A DNA stretch of 64,000 bases from Syntrophales bacterium (GTDB lineage: Bacteria > Desulfobacterota > Syntrophia > Syntrophales > UBA4778), in NCBI GenBank assembly GCA_963665615.2, contig CAXXQE010000008.1, forward strand, positions 806,001 through 870,000, written 5' to 3'. Both the position numbers and the translations under genes were made by a program. Of the stretch, positions 10,955 through 24,938 are shown piece by piece (position 1 is the stretch's first letter; every line of letters begins with the position of its first letter). Under the pieces are notes generated by a model that worked only from the letters and a program-made list of their open reading frames with translations, ran no database searches and was not told the DNA's origin.

Positions 10955-10983
10955 TTGACAAAAGAAATGAGCTGGTGTAAAAA
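10955..10983 (+). promoter_or_regulatory. Candidate rrn sigma70 promoter (downstream)
   Basis: TTGACA-N17-TAAAAA with AT-rich upstream region, about 25 nt before boxA. Confidence 0.5.
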
Positions 10984-11007
10984 CTACGGCTCATTCGTTG
11001 AAACCGA

Positions 11008-11019
11008 GCTCTTTGAAAA
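11008..11019 (+). promoter_or_regulatory. rrn leader boxA antitermination site
   Basis: GCTCTTTGAAAA; a second boxA, TGTTCTTTGACA, lies at 13165 in the spacer. Confidence 0.75.
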
Positions 11020-11102
11020 TTGAATAGTGGGATAATTGATTTGTGGGTCCTATGTAGTAACACAACGTTAATTTACTTAGTTAGTGACAAATTTTCCAAT
11101 AT

Positions 11103-12662
<1,560 letters not shown>

Positions 12663-12872
12663 TAAGGTGCATAATCCAATCAAGATCTGATTGGATGCAT
12701 TCTAGGTCAATGACCCCAAGTCATTATTCCCACTATTCATATTATATCCGATTCGGCGTTGTAAAAAGTCCGGAGCGATTGGCAGGTTTGAGGCTCCAGC
12801 ATAGAGTGTGCGTCTTCCGGCGCCGCTACCTGGACTTTGCGCAGGCCAGCTACCGAACAAAAGTCTCGGGAT

Positions 12873-12949
<77 letters not shown>

Positions 12950-13016
12950 ATTATCAGTTTAGAGTTTCAGGGTGAGGGATAGAGGTCCGAAGCCGGAAAC
13001 GTAAAACGGGATTTTT

Positions 13017-13092
13017 GGGGGTGTAGCTCAGTTGGGAGAGCGCCTGCCTTGCACGCAGGAGGTCATCGGTTCGAACCCGTTCACCTCCACCA
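13017..13092 (+). tRNA. tRNA-Ala(TGC)
   Basis: GGGGGTGTAGCTCAG...TTGCAC...GTTCGAA...CACCTCCACCA. Confidence 0.97.
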
Positions 13093-13224
13093 TGTTTGAA
13101 ATAAAGCTTATGGCTGCTATTTTTATCAGTCCTAATCTTTATTGCAAACGAATCGGTTTGCAAATGTTCTTTGACAATTGAATAGTGAATGTTTCAAAGC
13201 TGAGCAAATGTATTTTATTTTTAT

Positions 13225-16235
<3,011 letters not shown>

Positions 16236-16388
16236 TAATTTTAAAATTTGCTTTTGCTCAGCTGAGAAACATTCCTGTTCAATTGAAAAAACTGCAGCAA
16301 TTAGCAGTTAGCCCTTGGCTTTTTAGCTAAGAAATAAAGATACAACAGGCTAACAGCTAAGTGCTAATGGCTAACAGCTTATAACAGT

Positions 16389-16505
<117 letters not shown>

Positions 16506-16515
16506 ATTAATCACG

Positions 16516-16548
16516 AGCCCCCGATCTTTTAAGATCGGGGGCTTTTTT
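16516..16548 (+). terminator. rrn intrinsic terminator
   Basis: AGCCCCCGATCTT/AAGATCGGGGGCT perfect stem followed by a T-run. Confidence 0.9.
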
Positions 16549-16704
16549 ATGCGTGTTCGACTAGCGATCCTATCACCTCCAATAACTCTATCGCGCCTCG
16601 ACATGTCCCATCCATTTATCGTGAGAAAAGAAAAATCGTAAATTATCTAAAGGAATTTCCGGAAAAGACGATTCTTAGTACGTAATACACAGGAAAAGAG
16701 TGCG

Positions 16705-19071
16705 ATGGATCAAATAAATAGCGATGTCCTTCTTGTTTTGATGGATGGAACCAGGGTTGAGGCGGTTCTGACGCGGCCGTTCGTGCCTGAGGAAAGTGAA
16801 ATAGCCGTACAGCTTAAGGATCGCGGGGAATACCGCAGCTACCTTCTGGGCAAGGTGTGCTGTATCTTTATGGCGCCGAGTCAGGATCAGATCGATGCCG
16901 CATGCAGGGAACAAAAGCACGAGGAAATAGTCACGATAACAGATGAGCATTATCGTATCATGCTCTTAAGTGGCGATAATAGAGGACATGCAGGCATCTA
17001 TGCCTGTTGTCCCTCTCTCGATTCCCCGCTTAAGCTCATTTTCTTTTCGAATCATGGGATTAAGTCCCGTCGTCCAGAAACGCGCGTTGGAGAAATCTTC
17101 GAGTGTGCGGGAATGATTTCATCTGAGATTATGAATAACGTGCTAGAGGAGCAGAAGCGGCTCCGCGAACGACGCTTGGGTGATATTTTGTCTCAAAATC
17201 ACGGTATCTATCGTGATCAGATCGAAAATGCGATTGAAAAGGCCCAACGCGCGGGGAAAGTCTCGCCAAGAATGAGAATCGGCGAGATTCTCATCAACTC
17301 GGGTTTGGTTACGTCCGAACAGGTCGGTGAGGCCTTAAAAAATCAGGACGACGGCAAAAAAAAGAAAATAGGCTTGCTACTGATTGAAAAAGGACTAATT
17401 ACCGAAGAGCAGTTATTGATGGTTCTGGCCTTGAAATTTCGCCTCCGTTTCGTAGATCTGGATCGGATAACGCCGTCCCAAAATGCTCTTGCGTGCATTC
17501 CCGCAGGGATCGCTCAGACGCTGAAAGTCCTTCCTCTTGAACTCAATGGGGAATCTGTAGTCGTTGCTACGTCCGAACCTACTGATTATACCATTCCGGA
17601 TTCTATACGTTTTCATGTAAAAAAACAGGTCGAAATGGTTGTGGCCTCGCCGGCTAAGATTAACAAGGCCATTACAAAATACTACTCGCTCCAGGATACG
17701 GATGTTGGAGAAATTCTAGAGGGACTTTCTGTTAAAGAACTTGAAGTTGATCTTGACGGTGATCTGAGTGAAAACGATGGTGACATCAGTGAATCAGATT
17801 CCCACATTGTGAACCTGGTTAATAAAATTTTGCTGGATGCTTATAGTAAAGGGGCCTCGGATATACACTTTGAGCCTGCCTTTAGATCAGAACCCTTTCA
17901 GGTGCGTTATCGCATTGACGGTACCTGTCGCGTCGTTCACAAAATCCCGGCCGGATATAAGCGAGCCATTCTGTCAAGAATCAAGATCATGTCAAATCTG
18001 GATATTTCTGAACGCCGAAAGCCGCAAAGCGGCAAGATATTGATTACGCGCAATAACCAGAAAATCGAATACCGTGTCGAGGTCTCGCCAACGGTGGGTG
18101 GAAACGAAGATGCTGTTTTGAGAATCCTCGCTTCTTCGGAGCCGCTGCCTTTAGAAAAAATGGGATTCACAGACCACAATCTTGCCTGGTTCAAAAAGTC
18201 GCTCAAACAACCTTATGGCATGATTTTATGCGTCGGCCCGACGGGCTCCGGAAAAACAACCTCACTTCATTCAGCCCTCAAGTATATTAACACCTCGGAA
18301 ATCAAAATTTGGACTATTGAAGATCCCGTAGAAATTACGCAGAGGGGCCTCAGGCAAGTTCAAGTTCACGCAAAAATCGGTTTGACCTTTCATGAAGCCC
18401 TTCGTTCCTTCCTGAGATCGGATCCGGATGTCATCATGGTCGGAGAAATGCGGGATAGTGAGACCGCCAAGACGGCGCTGGAGGCCTCGTTAACGGGTCA
18501 CCTGGTTCTCAGCACGCTCCATACCAATAGTGCGTCGGAAACGATTGTCCGCCTCATTGAAATGGGGATGGATCCGTTCAATTTTTCTGATTCTCTGCTG
18601 GCGGTTCTGGCGCAACGGCTGGCGCGACGCCTGTGTGACAGATGCAAAGAACCCTATCGGCCGGACGAAACTGAATATAACGATCTGGCTAGAATATACG
18701 ATTCGAAATGGTTCCGTGAACATCAGCTCAGGCCATATTCCTCCGATCTGGTCCTAATGAGAAAGCGTGGTTGTGAGACCTGCAATGGTACAGGTTACAA
18801 GGGCCGTATGGCAATTCATGAACTGCTCATGAACACGGATGCCATTAAGCAGATGATTCGCCACAAGTCCAACATCGATGAAATTAAGACGACGGCCATT
18901 CAGGAAGGTATGAAGACCCTGTTGATGGACGGTATCTCTAAAATTTTCCAGGGGTTAATTGACCGCGAGGAGTTGCTGCGCGTTTGTCGTTATGAAGAGG
19001 CAGTCGAAAGCGAGATCGAAACGATACCTTCTGGCGTCGGCTCGGTCTATCCTGTTGCGGCCGAGGCCTGA
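16705..19071 (+). CDS. GspE/PilB-family secretion ATPase with multiple N-terminal MshEN-like motifs
   Basis: ASDIHFEP, GPTGSGKTT, TIEDPVE, LRSDPDVIMVGEMRD, TGHLVLSTLHTN, CxxC pairs; RVGEIF, RLGDIL, RIGEIL and KIGLLL repeats. Confidence 0.9.
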   Translation: MDQINSDVLLVLMDGTRVEAVLTRPFVPEESEIAVQLKDRGEYRSYLLGKVCCIFMAPSQDQIDAACREQKHEEIVTITDEHYRIMLLSGDNRGHAGIYACCPSLDSPLKLIFFSNHGIKSRRPETRVGEIFECAGMISSEIMNNVLEEQKRLRERRLGDILSQNHGIYRDQIENAIEKAQRAGKVSPRMRIGEILINSGLVTSEQVGEALKNQDDGKKKKIGLLLIEKGLITEEQLLMVLALKFRLRFVDLDRITPSQNALACIPAGIAQTLKVLPLELNGESVVVATSEPTDYTIPDSIRFHVKKQVEMVVASPAKINKAITKYYSLQDTDVGEILEGLSVKELEVDLDGDLSENDGDISESDSHIVNLVNKILLDAYSKGASDIHFEPAFRSEPFQVRYRIDGTCRVVHKIPAGYKRAILSRIKIMSNLDISERRKPQSGKILITRNNQKIEYRVEVSPTVGGNEDAVLRILASSEPLPLEKMGFTDHNLAWFKKSLKQPYGMILCVGPTGSGKTTSLHSALKYINTSEIKIWTIEDPVEITQRGLRQVQVHAKIGLTFHEALRSFLRSDPDVIMVGEMRDSETAKTALEASLTGHLVLSTLHTNSASETIVRLIEMGMDPFNFSDSLLAVLAQRLARRLCDRCKEPYRPDETEYNDLARIYDSKWFREHQLRPYSSDLVLMRKRGCETCNGTGYKGRMAIHELLMNTDAIKQMIRHKSNIDEIKTTAIQEGMKTLLMDGISKIFQGLIDREELLRVCRYEEAVESEIETIPSGVGSVYPVAAEA

Positions 19072-19171
19072 AGCAACGACCAATTTGACAATTCCTGTCT
19101 GTGGACATCTGGATGGCAAAAATCTGTGATTGTCCCTTAAGGGTTTTCACTGTTTGTCCGATTATAACTAT

Positions 19172-19627
19172 ATGCTGAATGATAACCTGGAAGCAGACAA
19201 ATTAGGCGAGGTGGATGAGCCTCTCATTAACAGAAGGCGGCACCCCCGATCTGTATTCACATATCCCGTCGAGTTTAAACTATTCTCTCCTCAGAAGGCC
19301 GAAGGTGTTTCATACAATGGTTATTTGAAGGACATTTCTCTGGGAGGGGCAGCACTACAGTTTGAAGACCGCTATGGACGCTTCAACCTGGCTGATGCTG
19401 ATGATGCGAAGCTTAAAATGGTTCTGAGTATCCCAAGAGAGAACAAAGTCAGTTTCTTTGCCCATATTCAATGGGTAAAAAAAATCGAGGGGAGCTTTTC
19501 TATCAAGATAGGAATATCATTCAAGGATCTGGAATACGATGAGCAGAGTGTCATCGAAAAACTGATCGGGTTAAAAGGGAAAGACCACAATATGATGTGG
19601 AACCTCTGGGAACAATACGACCAATAA
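19172..19627 (+). CDS. Single-domain PilZ protein
   Basis: RRRHPR (RxxxR) and DISLGG (DxSxxG) c-di-GMP-binding motifs; start uncertain. Confidence 0.85.
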   Translation: MLNDNLEADKLGEVDEPLINRRRHPRSVFTYPVEFKLFSPQKAEGVSYNGYLKDISLGGAALQFEDRYGRFNLADADDAKLKMVLSIPRENKVSFFAHIQWVKKIEGSFSIKIGISFKDLEYDEQSVIEKLIGLKGKDHNMMWNLWEQYDQ

Positions 19628-20641
19628 GTGGACGACACAATGGATGAATTGCGCGATAAAATGTGGGCCGTAGGAGGCGGTAAAGGGGGGGTTGGAAAAA
19701 GCGTAGTAACCCTGATGCTTGGGGCTTCACTGGCTCGGCTTGGGCGCAAGGTGATCATCATTGATGCCGATCTGGGGGGGAGCAATCTCCACACGTTTGC
19801 GGGGATTCGCTATCCTGAATATACCCTTGCGGATTTTATCGCAAAGAGAGTGGACAGCATCGAGCAACTGGTCGTCAATACACCCGTCGAAAATCTAAAG
19901 CTGATCTGTGGCGCGGACGACATTCTGGGTGTCGCCAATCCAAAATACACACAAAAGACAAGGCTTTTTAATCACCTGAAGAAGCTCGACGCCGATATGA
20001 TTTTGCTGGATCTTGGGGCAGGCACCTCTTTTACCACGATCGATTTCTTTCTGTATGCACCCAATAAAATCGTTGTGGTGACCCCTCAGGTGACATCTAT
20101 TCAAAACGCATACGGATTCATCAAGGCAAGCCTCTATAGAAGCATCAATGACATCTTCAACAAAAATACCGATGCGTTGGAGCTTGTTAAGCGGGCCAGT
20201 TATTCGGTTCAGGGTGAAAGCATCGACTCAATCGCTAAACTCTACGATGCGTTGGGCGCTCTCGGCGAGGAGACTCAGGAGCAGCTCATGAATTGTGTGG
20301 CGGACCTCAATATCAAATTGCTGGTCAATATGGTCCGGGATGCCAAGGAACGCAATGTGTCCGATATCGTCAAGGCCGTAGCAAAGAATTACCTCGGCCT
20401 CAATATTGAAAGCCTCGGTTGCGTCCAGTACGACAATCTGCTCAACGCCTCCATAAACAAGATGGCCAGTTTTCTTGTCAATGGGAAAGAGAGCATCAGT
20501 AATATCAACTTCTACGACGTTGCCTATAACATTGTGAAGAAATCGCTTCCTGTAATCAAGGCAGCAACGCCGAACGGGGGCATTGCCCGTGCCGCCTTAA
20601 CGCCGCAAGACGTTGCTATGGCTGGCGACGCAAGACCCTGA
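19628..20641 (+). CDS. FlhG/MinD-like P-loop ATPase
   Basis: GGGKGGVGKS deviant Walker A, DADLGGSNLH, LDLGAGT. Confidence 0.88.
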   Translation: MDDTMDELRDKMWAVGGGKGGVGKSVVTLMLGASLARLGRKVIIIDADLGGSNLHTFAGIRYPEYTLADFIAKRVDSIEQLVVNTPVENLKLICGADDILGVANPKYTQKTRLFNHLKKLDADMILLDLGAGTSFTTIDFFLYAPNKIVVVTPQVTSIQNAYGFIKASLYRSINDIFNKNTDALELVKRASYSVQGESIDSIAKLYDALGALGEETQEQLMNCVADLNIKLLVNMVRDAKERNVSDIVKAVAKNYLGLNIESLGCVQYDNLLNASINKMASFLVNGKESISNINFYDVAYNIVKKSLPVIKAATPNGGIARAALTPQDVAMAGDARP

Positions 20642-20668
20642 CGTACCTTTGAGATCCTTACCACTTAT

Positions 20669-20694
20669 GGGCAGCCTCATCGGCTGCCTTTTTT
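20669..20694 (+). terminator. Intrinsic terminator
   Basis: GGCAGCC-tcatc-GGCTGCC followed by TTTTTT. Confidence 0.75.
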
Positions 20695-20889
20695 GTGAGA
20701 CGGAGGGGATAGACATCATTCGCCCTCTCCGTCCTGAACCGCGTTATTTTTGTCTTGACTAGACGGGGTTCAATTAACTATAAGAAACTAGATTAGTTTG
20801 GGGAAGGGTGAAGCAAGGTGGCATAACCGTTGGGGATCGGTGCCAAGCCTTGCTGATTTTTTTTGCATAGAAGAGAAAGGAGAATGGGT

Positions 20890-22275
20890 ATGAGAAAGGT
20901 ATTGACACGGCTGATGACCGCGGCCGTGCTATCAGTGTTTCTAACAACGGCGGCGGAAGCAGCGAACCTATTTGGTCCTAAGGAGCTTGATACGACCTTT
21001 GGCGGTGAAGTCCGCCTGCGGCAGGAAATTTATGAGAATACTTTCGATCTCAGTGCTAGGGGAGCGCAGGATAGGGATTATTTCCGCCTGAGAACCCTGG
21101 TTTTCGGCAAGCTCGATTATAACAAGAAGGTCGATTTCTATGTCAGACTTGGCAATGAAATGAAGTTCTACAATGAACTGTGGGCCTCTTATCGGTCTAA
21201 CAATCACTTCTACGTCCCGGATGAGCTTTACGTGGACAATATGTATGTGAGTTTTTACAAAATTTGCGGGTTCCCGGTTGATCTCCGGGTTGGTCGCCAG
21301 GATATCATGCTGGGTGACGGCTTCCTCGTTGCAGAAGGCACCCCCGGAGACGGTTCCCGATCGATGTTCTTCGATGCGGTGAGAGGCACAGTTAATTTTT
21401 CAAAGAATTACAGCCTCGATTTGATCGGCGTCTCAGACAGTAACAAGGATAAATACGGTGTGCTGAAGCATGACGATCTTTATGACAAGACACTGATCAA
21501 CGCTGGAGACGAACAGGGCCTTATCATTTACGGGCATGGTCAGATCACCGATAGCCTGCTGATTGAACCTTATTACATCTACAAGCGTGAAGAGGCATTC
21601 ACCTCCACCAGCATCACGGTTTCCACGCTTGACCTGAATACCTTCGGCGCTCGAGCCGCCTTTACTCAGGGCGCTGTGACCCTGAAAGGCGAATTGGCCT
21701 ATCAGACCGGTGGTTACGATGACGGCCGTTCCCGTCGCGGCCTTGGCGGTCATGCGGAGGTCGTAGCGAAGTTCAACGATGTAAAGCTTAAGCCGCAAGT
21801 TGAAGTTGGCTTCATCGGTCTTTCCGGCGATGATCCCAGTACAACCGGAAAGGTTGAGGCCTGGGATCCGCTCTTCTCCCGTTATCCGATATGGAGCGAT
21901 GTCTACGTTTACACATTGGCCGCCGAAACGACCGGTCTGGGGGGTGCCGGGTTTGCGTACTGGACGAACCTTCAGATCTATCGCGCCATTGCTAAGCTGA
22001 ATTTCGATGCCGCGACCTACTGTCAGATCGGTTATGCATGGCTTCGGGCCAATGAGCAGGCCAATAGGAACAGCGCCTATATGCTGAGCGCCAACAGGGT
22101 CATGTTCTCCACGGACGGAAAAGATCGGGGACAGTTGCTGCAGGCTAAAGTCTACCATGCGTTCACCAAGGCTCTCGATGCCTATATCAGCGCCGATTAC
22201 TTGCTGCCGGGCGATTATTATGCGAGTGCAAACAATACCCTTTTCGTAAGATGGCAGGTGAACTACAAATTCTAA
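20890..22275 (+). CDS. Outer-membrane beta-barrel, alginate-export (AlgE-like) family
   Basis: Signal peptide (AAEA|A), GGEVRLRQE, LRVGRQDI, LSGDDP, C-terminal YKF; RBS AAAGGAGA. Confidence 0.7.
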   Translation: MRKVLTRLMTAAVLSVFLTTAAEAANLFGPKELDTTFGGEVRLRQEIYENTFDLSARGAQDRDYFRLRTLVFGKLDYNKKVDFYVRLGNEMKFYNELWASYRSNNHFYVPDELYVDNMYVSFYKICGFPVDLRVGRQDIMLGDGFLVAEGTPGDGSRSMFFDAVRGTVNFSKNYSLDLIGVSDSNKDKYGVLKHDDLYDKTLINAGDEQGLIIYGHGQITDSLLIEPYYIYKREEAFTSTSITVSTLDLNTFGARAAFTQGAVTLKGELAYQTGGYDDGRSRRGLGGHAEVVAKFNDVKLKPQVEVGFIGLSGDDPSTTGKVEAWDPLFSRYPIWSDVYVYTLAAETTGLGGAGFAYWTNLQIYRAIAKLNFDAATYCQIGYAWLRANEQANRNSAYMLSANRVMFSTDGKDRGQLLQAKVYHAFTKALDAYISADYLLPGDYYASANNTLFVRWQVNYKF

Positions 22276-22292
22276 ATTACGGTTAGTACGTT

Positions 22293-22334
22293 ACAGGAGG
22301 AGGCCCTCTGGATTCCCAAAGGGCCTCCTCCTGT
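22293..22334 (+). terminator. Strong hairpin after the porin gene
   Basis: ACAGGAGGAGGCCC...GGGCCTCCTCCTGT 14-bp stem; weak U-tail. Confidence 0.6.
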
Positions 22335-22401
22335 TAGTGGTTGATATGAATCTTGATGTTCTGATTCCCCCGAATCATCAGGGAAATAATTTGAAAGGTT
22401 T

Positions 22402-22968
22402 ATGACGTTCGAAGAGTTATTAAAACAGCGCCGTTCCATCAGAGATTTTCAGAGTCGATCTGTTCCCCTTCCTCTGGTAAAAACACTTATTAAACAAGCG
22501 ACACTGGCTCCAAGTGCCGGTAACGATCAGCCATGGCGGTTTGTTATCGTTCAAAACAAGACGCTGATTAAACGTATGTCGGACGAAAGCAAGGCGAATG
22601 TTCTTCACAGAATTGCCGCCAATCCCGATGATTACGCGACGCGTTTTGAAAAGTACCTTCAAGATCCGTCGTACAATGTTTTTTTCAATGCGCCCTGCCT
22701 TGTTTTGATCATTGGATTCTCCCGCCTGAAAAATATGTATGTGGACTGCGCACTGGCGGCGAGTTATTTTATGCTGGCGGCGACGAACCGCGGGTTGGGG
22801 ACCTGCTGGGTGAATCTCGGCGCCGAAATCAAGAGTCCGGAGTTGTTGCAAGTACTCGGTGTACCTGACGACGGCAAGATTGTTGCACCTATCGTTCTGG
22901 GGTATCCTGCTAGAACGCCAAAGCCGCCTAAAAGAAAAAAACCAAATATAATTAATATCTTGTCATAG
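22402..22968 (+). CDS. Nitroreductase family protein
   Basis: RRSIRDF, APSAGNDQPWRF, GLGTCW, LGYP. Confidence 0.9.
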   Translation: MTFEELLKQRRSIRDFQSRSVPLPLVKTLIKQATLAPSAGNDQPWRFVIVQNKTLIKRMSDESKANVLHRIAANPDDYATRFEKYLQDPSYNVFFNAPCLVLIIGFSRLKNMYVDCALAASYFMLAATNRGLGTCWVNLGAEIKSPELLQVLGVPDDGKIVAPIVLGYPARTPKPPKRKKPNIINILS

Positions 22969-23043
22969 AATCCCTGCGGTACAAAGGGATCCATCCACCT
23001 ATTTTTAAAATTATCATGTGAATATACGAAAAAAATCGGTGCG

Positions 23044-23601
23044 TTAGCGGCCGTATGTTGCGGTGAAGCTTGCCTGGGCCAATTTGTTGCCGTTGACCAT
23101 GAATCCGATCAGTGCCGCAGTCGCATTAGTGGGAACCTCGAGTTTTTCGACCTTCAACGCAAAAATGGTGAAGATGTAACGGTGCGGTTTGTCACCCGTG
23201 GGTGGACAGGCTCCGCCAAAACCCGCTGTCCCGAAATCGGTCCGTCCCTGGATGGCACCTTGCGGAAGGGATGAACTGGCCACAGCGCCAGCGCCCTTGG
23301 TAACTTCACGACATGTGGCCGGAATATTATAGACAACCCAGTGCCACCATCCGGAACCCGTCGGCGCATCTGGATCATAGACCGTCAGCGCGAAACTCTT
23401 CGTTCCTGCCGGTACGCCGCTCCACTTGAGGGCCGGAGAGATGTTCTCCCCGCTGCATCCGAAGCCGTTGAACACCTGTTCGATCGTCAAAACGTCACCG
23501 GGCTTGATATCCGGACTGACCAGTTTGAAGGAGTCCGCAGCAGGTGCCCAGGATGCGGAGCAGAAAAGCAACATGACGGCAAGTCGCAAAACGTGACGCA
23601 T
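23044..23601 (-). CDS. YbhB/YbcL (PEBP/RKIP-like) periplasmic protein
   Basis: Signal peptide; YDPDAPTGSGWWHW; FGGACPP...HRY. Confidence 0.92.
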   Translation of the reverse strand: MRHVLRLAVMLLFCSASWAPAADSFKLVSPDIKPGDVLTIEQVFNGFGCSGENISPALKWSGVPAGTKSFALTVYDPDAPTGSGWWHWVVYNIPATCREVTKGAGAVASSSLPQGAIQGRTDFGTAGFGGACPPTGDKPHRYIFTIFALKVEKLEVPTNATAALIGFMVNGNKLAQASFTATYGR

Positions 23602-23618
23602 GGTTTTATATTCTCCTT

Positions 23619-24173
23619 TTAGTTGATTATGTGCTCGGGGCGAACCCGATCTTTGGAATCAAAGGTGATTCCTTCCATTTCCAGTAACTTTCGTTTCATT
23701 TCTGTTCCTCCGCCAAAGCCTCCAAGTGAACCATCGGAACGGACGATTCGATGACAAGGCATGACGAGAGGAAACGGGTTTCTGGCCAGGGCCGTCCCCA
23801 CGGCACGTGCGGCTTTGGGGGCCGCCAGTTTGGCCGCCAAACCGCCATAGGTCATAACTTTACCCACTGGAATAGCCAAGGAGGCCTCCAAAACTCGCTT
23901 CTGAAACGGATATAAGTGATCCTGATCGAAATAGAACGAGGCGATCGGCGACTTTGCGACAAACCAGTCCTGTATGAGACGGCGCAACGTATCGGCCGTT
24001 TTACCGTTGATCTTTTCCTCTGCCTTCGGATAGGATATAAACACCAGACGGCGCAACATGTTATGAGGCAGAAAGATCTGGACGATCTTGGGTGGTTCTT
24101 CGCCAGACCAGACGATACCCGTTTCTCCAACGGGCGTTTTGATAAACTGGCAAAATGAATGGGTGCTTTGCAT
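23619..24173 (-). CDS. ogt: Methylated-DNA--protein-cysteine methyltransferase
   Basis: ARAVGTA, NPFPLVMPCHR, GGFGGG; start trimmed to ATG 24173 (RBS GGAGG). Confidence 0.9.
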   Translation of the reverse strand: MQSTHSFCQFIKTPVGETGIVWSGEEPPKIVQIFLPHNMLRRLVFISYPKAEEKINGKTADTLRRLIQDWFVAKSPIASFYFDQDHLYPFQKRVLEASLAIPVGKVMTYGGLAAKLAAPKAARAVGTALARNPFPLVMPCHRIVRSDGSLGGFGGGTEMKRKLLEMEGITFDSKDRVRPEHIIN

Positions 24174-24312
24174 AGAACCTCCAAGCACTAATCGCATATT
24201 GTTTATCATATAACGATTATCAATTACATCCCCCAAAGAATATGCATAGAGCATGGCCATAATCTGACCGGCATCGCTTTGTTTGATAAAATCGACAAGG
24301 GAGGGATTGCAT

Positions 24313-24813
24313 ATGTCAAAGAGGATGTGGTTCGGAATGTGGGGTCTTTCCGTCGTCTTGCCCCTCGCGATGGTGGCATTGTGTGCAGCCCGTGAACACA
24401 GGGTTGACGAGGATAGCTCCTTGGTGATTCGTTGGTGGGATCGTCCGAATATCGTCCGACAGCTTAATATATCGGAAGGACAGCTCACAACTGTCCGGGA
24501 GATTGCTGATGCCCAGGTTCGCAAAATCAGACTTTTACAGGGAACTTATCTTGCTGAACAGAAGGCCCTGAAGGATCTGCTGATCCGGGAGATACTTGAT
24601 GACCGCGAGATCGAACATCGCGTGGACGCCCTCGGCGTGGCGCTTCTGGCGCTTTCGCGGGCCGAGACGGACATGACTGTAGCCATGTGTCGTGAACTGA
24701 CGGCGGATCAACGCGCGAGGCTTCTGCCGCTCATTGAAACACTGCGGCAGCAGGATGCGTGTTCGGAGAAAAAACAGAGGAAACGGAACGCGCGTCGATA
24801 CAACCGATTTTGA
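24313..24813 (+). CDS. Periplasmic Spy/CpxP/ZraP-like helical protein
   Basis: N-terminal hydrophobic segment, WW...QLNISEGQ and ELTADQR (LTxxQ) motifs. Confidence 0.6.
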   Translation: MSKRMWFGMWGLSVVLPLAMVALCAAREHRVDEDSSLVIRWWDRPNIVRQLNISEGQLTTVREIADAQVRKIRLLQGTYLAEQKALKDLLIREILDDREIEHRVDALGVALLALSRAETDMTVAMCRELTADQRARLLPLIETLRQQDACSEKKQRKRNARRYNRF

Positions 24814-24920
24814 ATTCAGTAGTGAGCGCATTGCTCGCAACTTGCTGCGGGGCCAGCGAGCGAATCATGTTTAATCGGCTTCCCTAAGGGACGGAGATTC
24901 GTCGGAGCTTGCGCCAGTGT
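24811..24920 (-). repeat. Dispersed ~105-bp palindromic element, copy A
   Basis: Reverse complement aligns along its length to 52093-52200. Confidence 0.8.
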
Positions 24921-24938
24921 ATCTCCCAGTGTAGCCGC

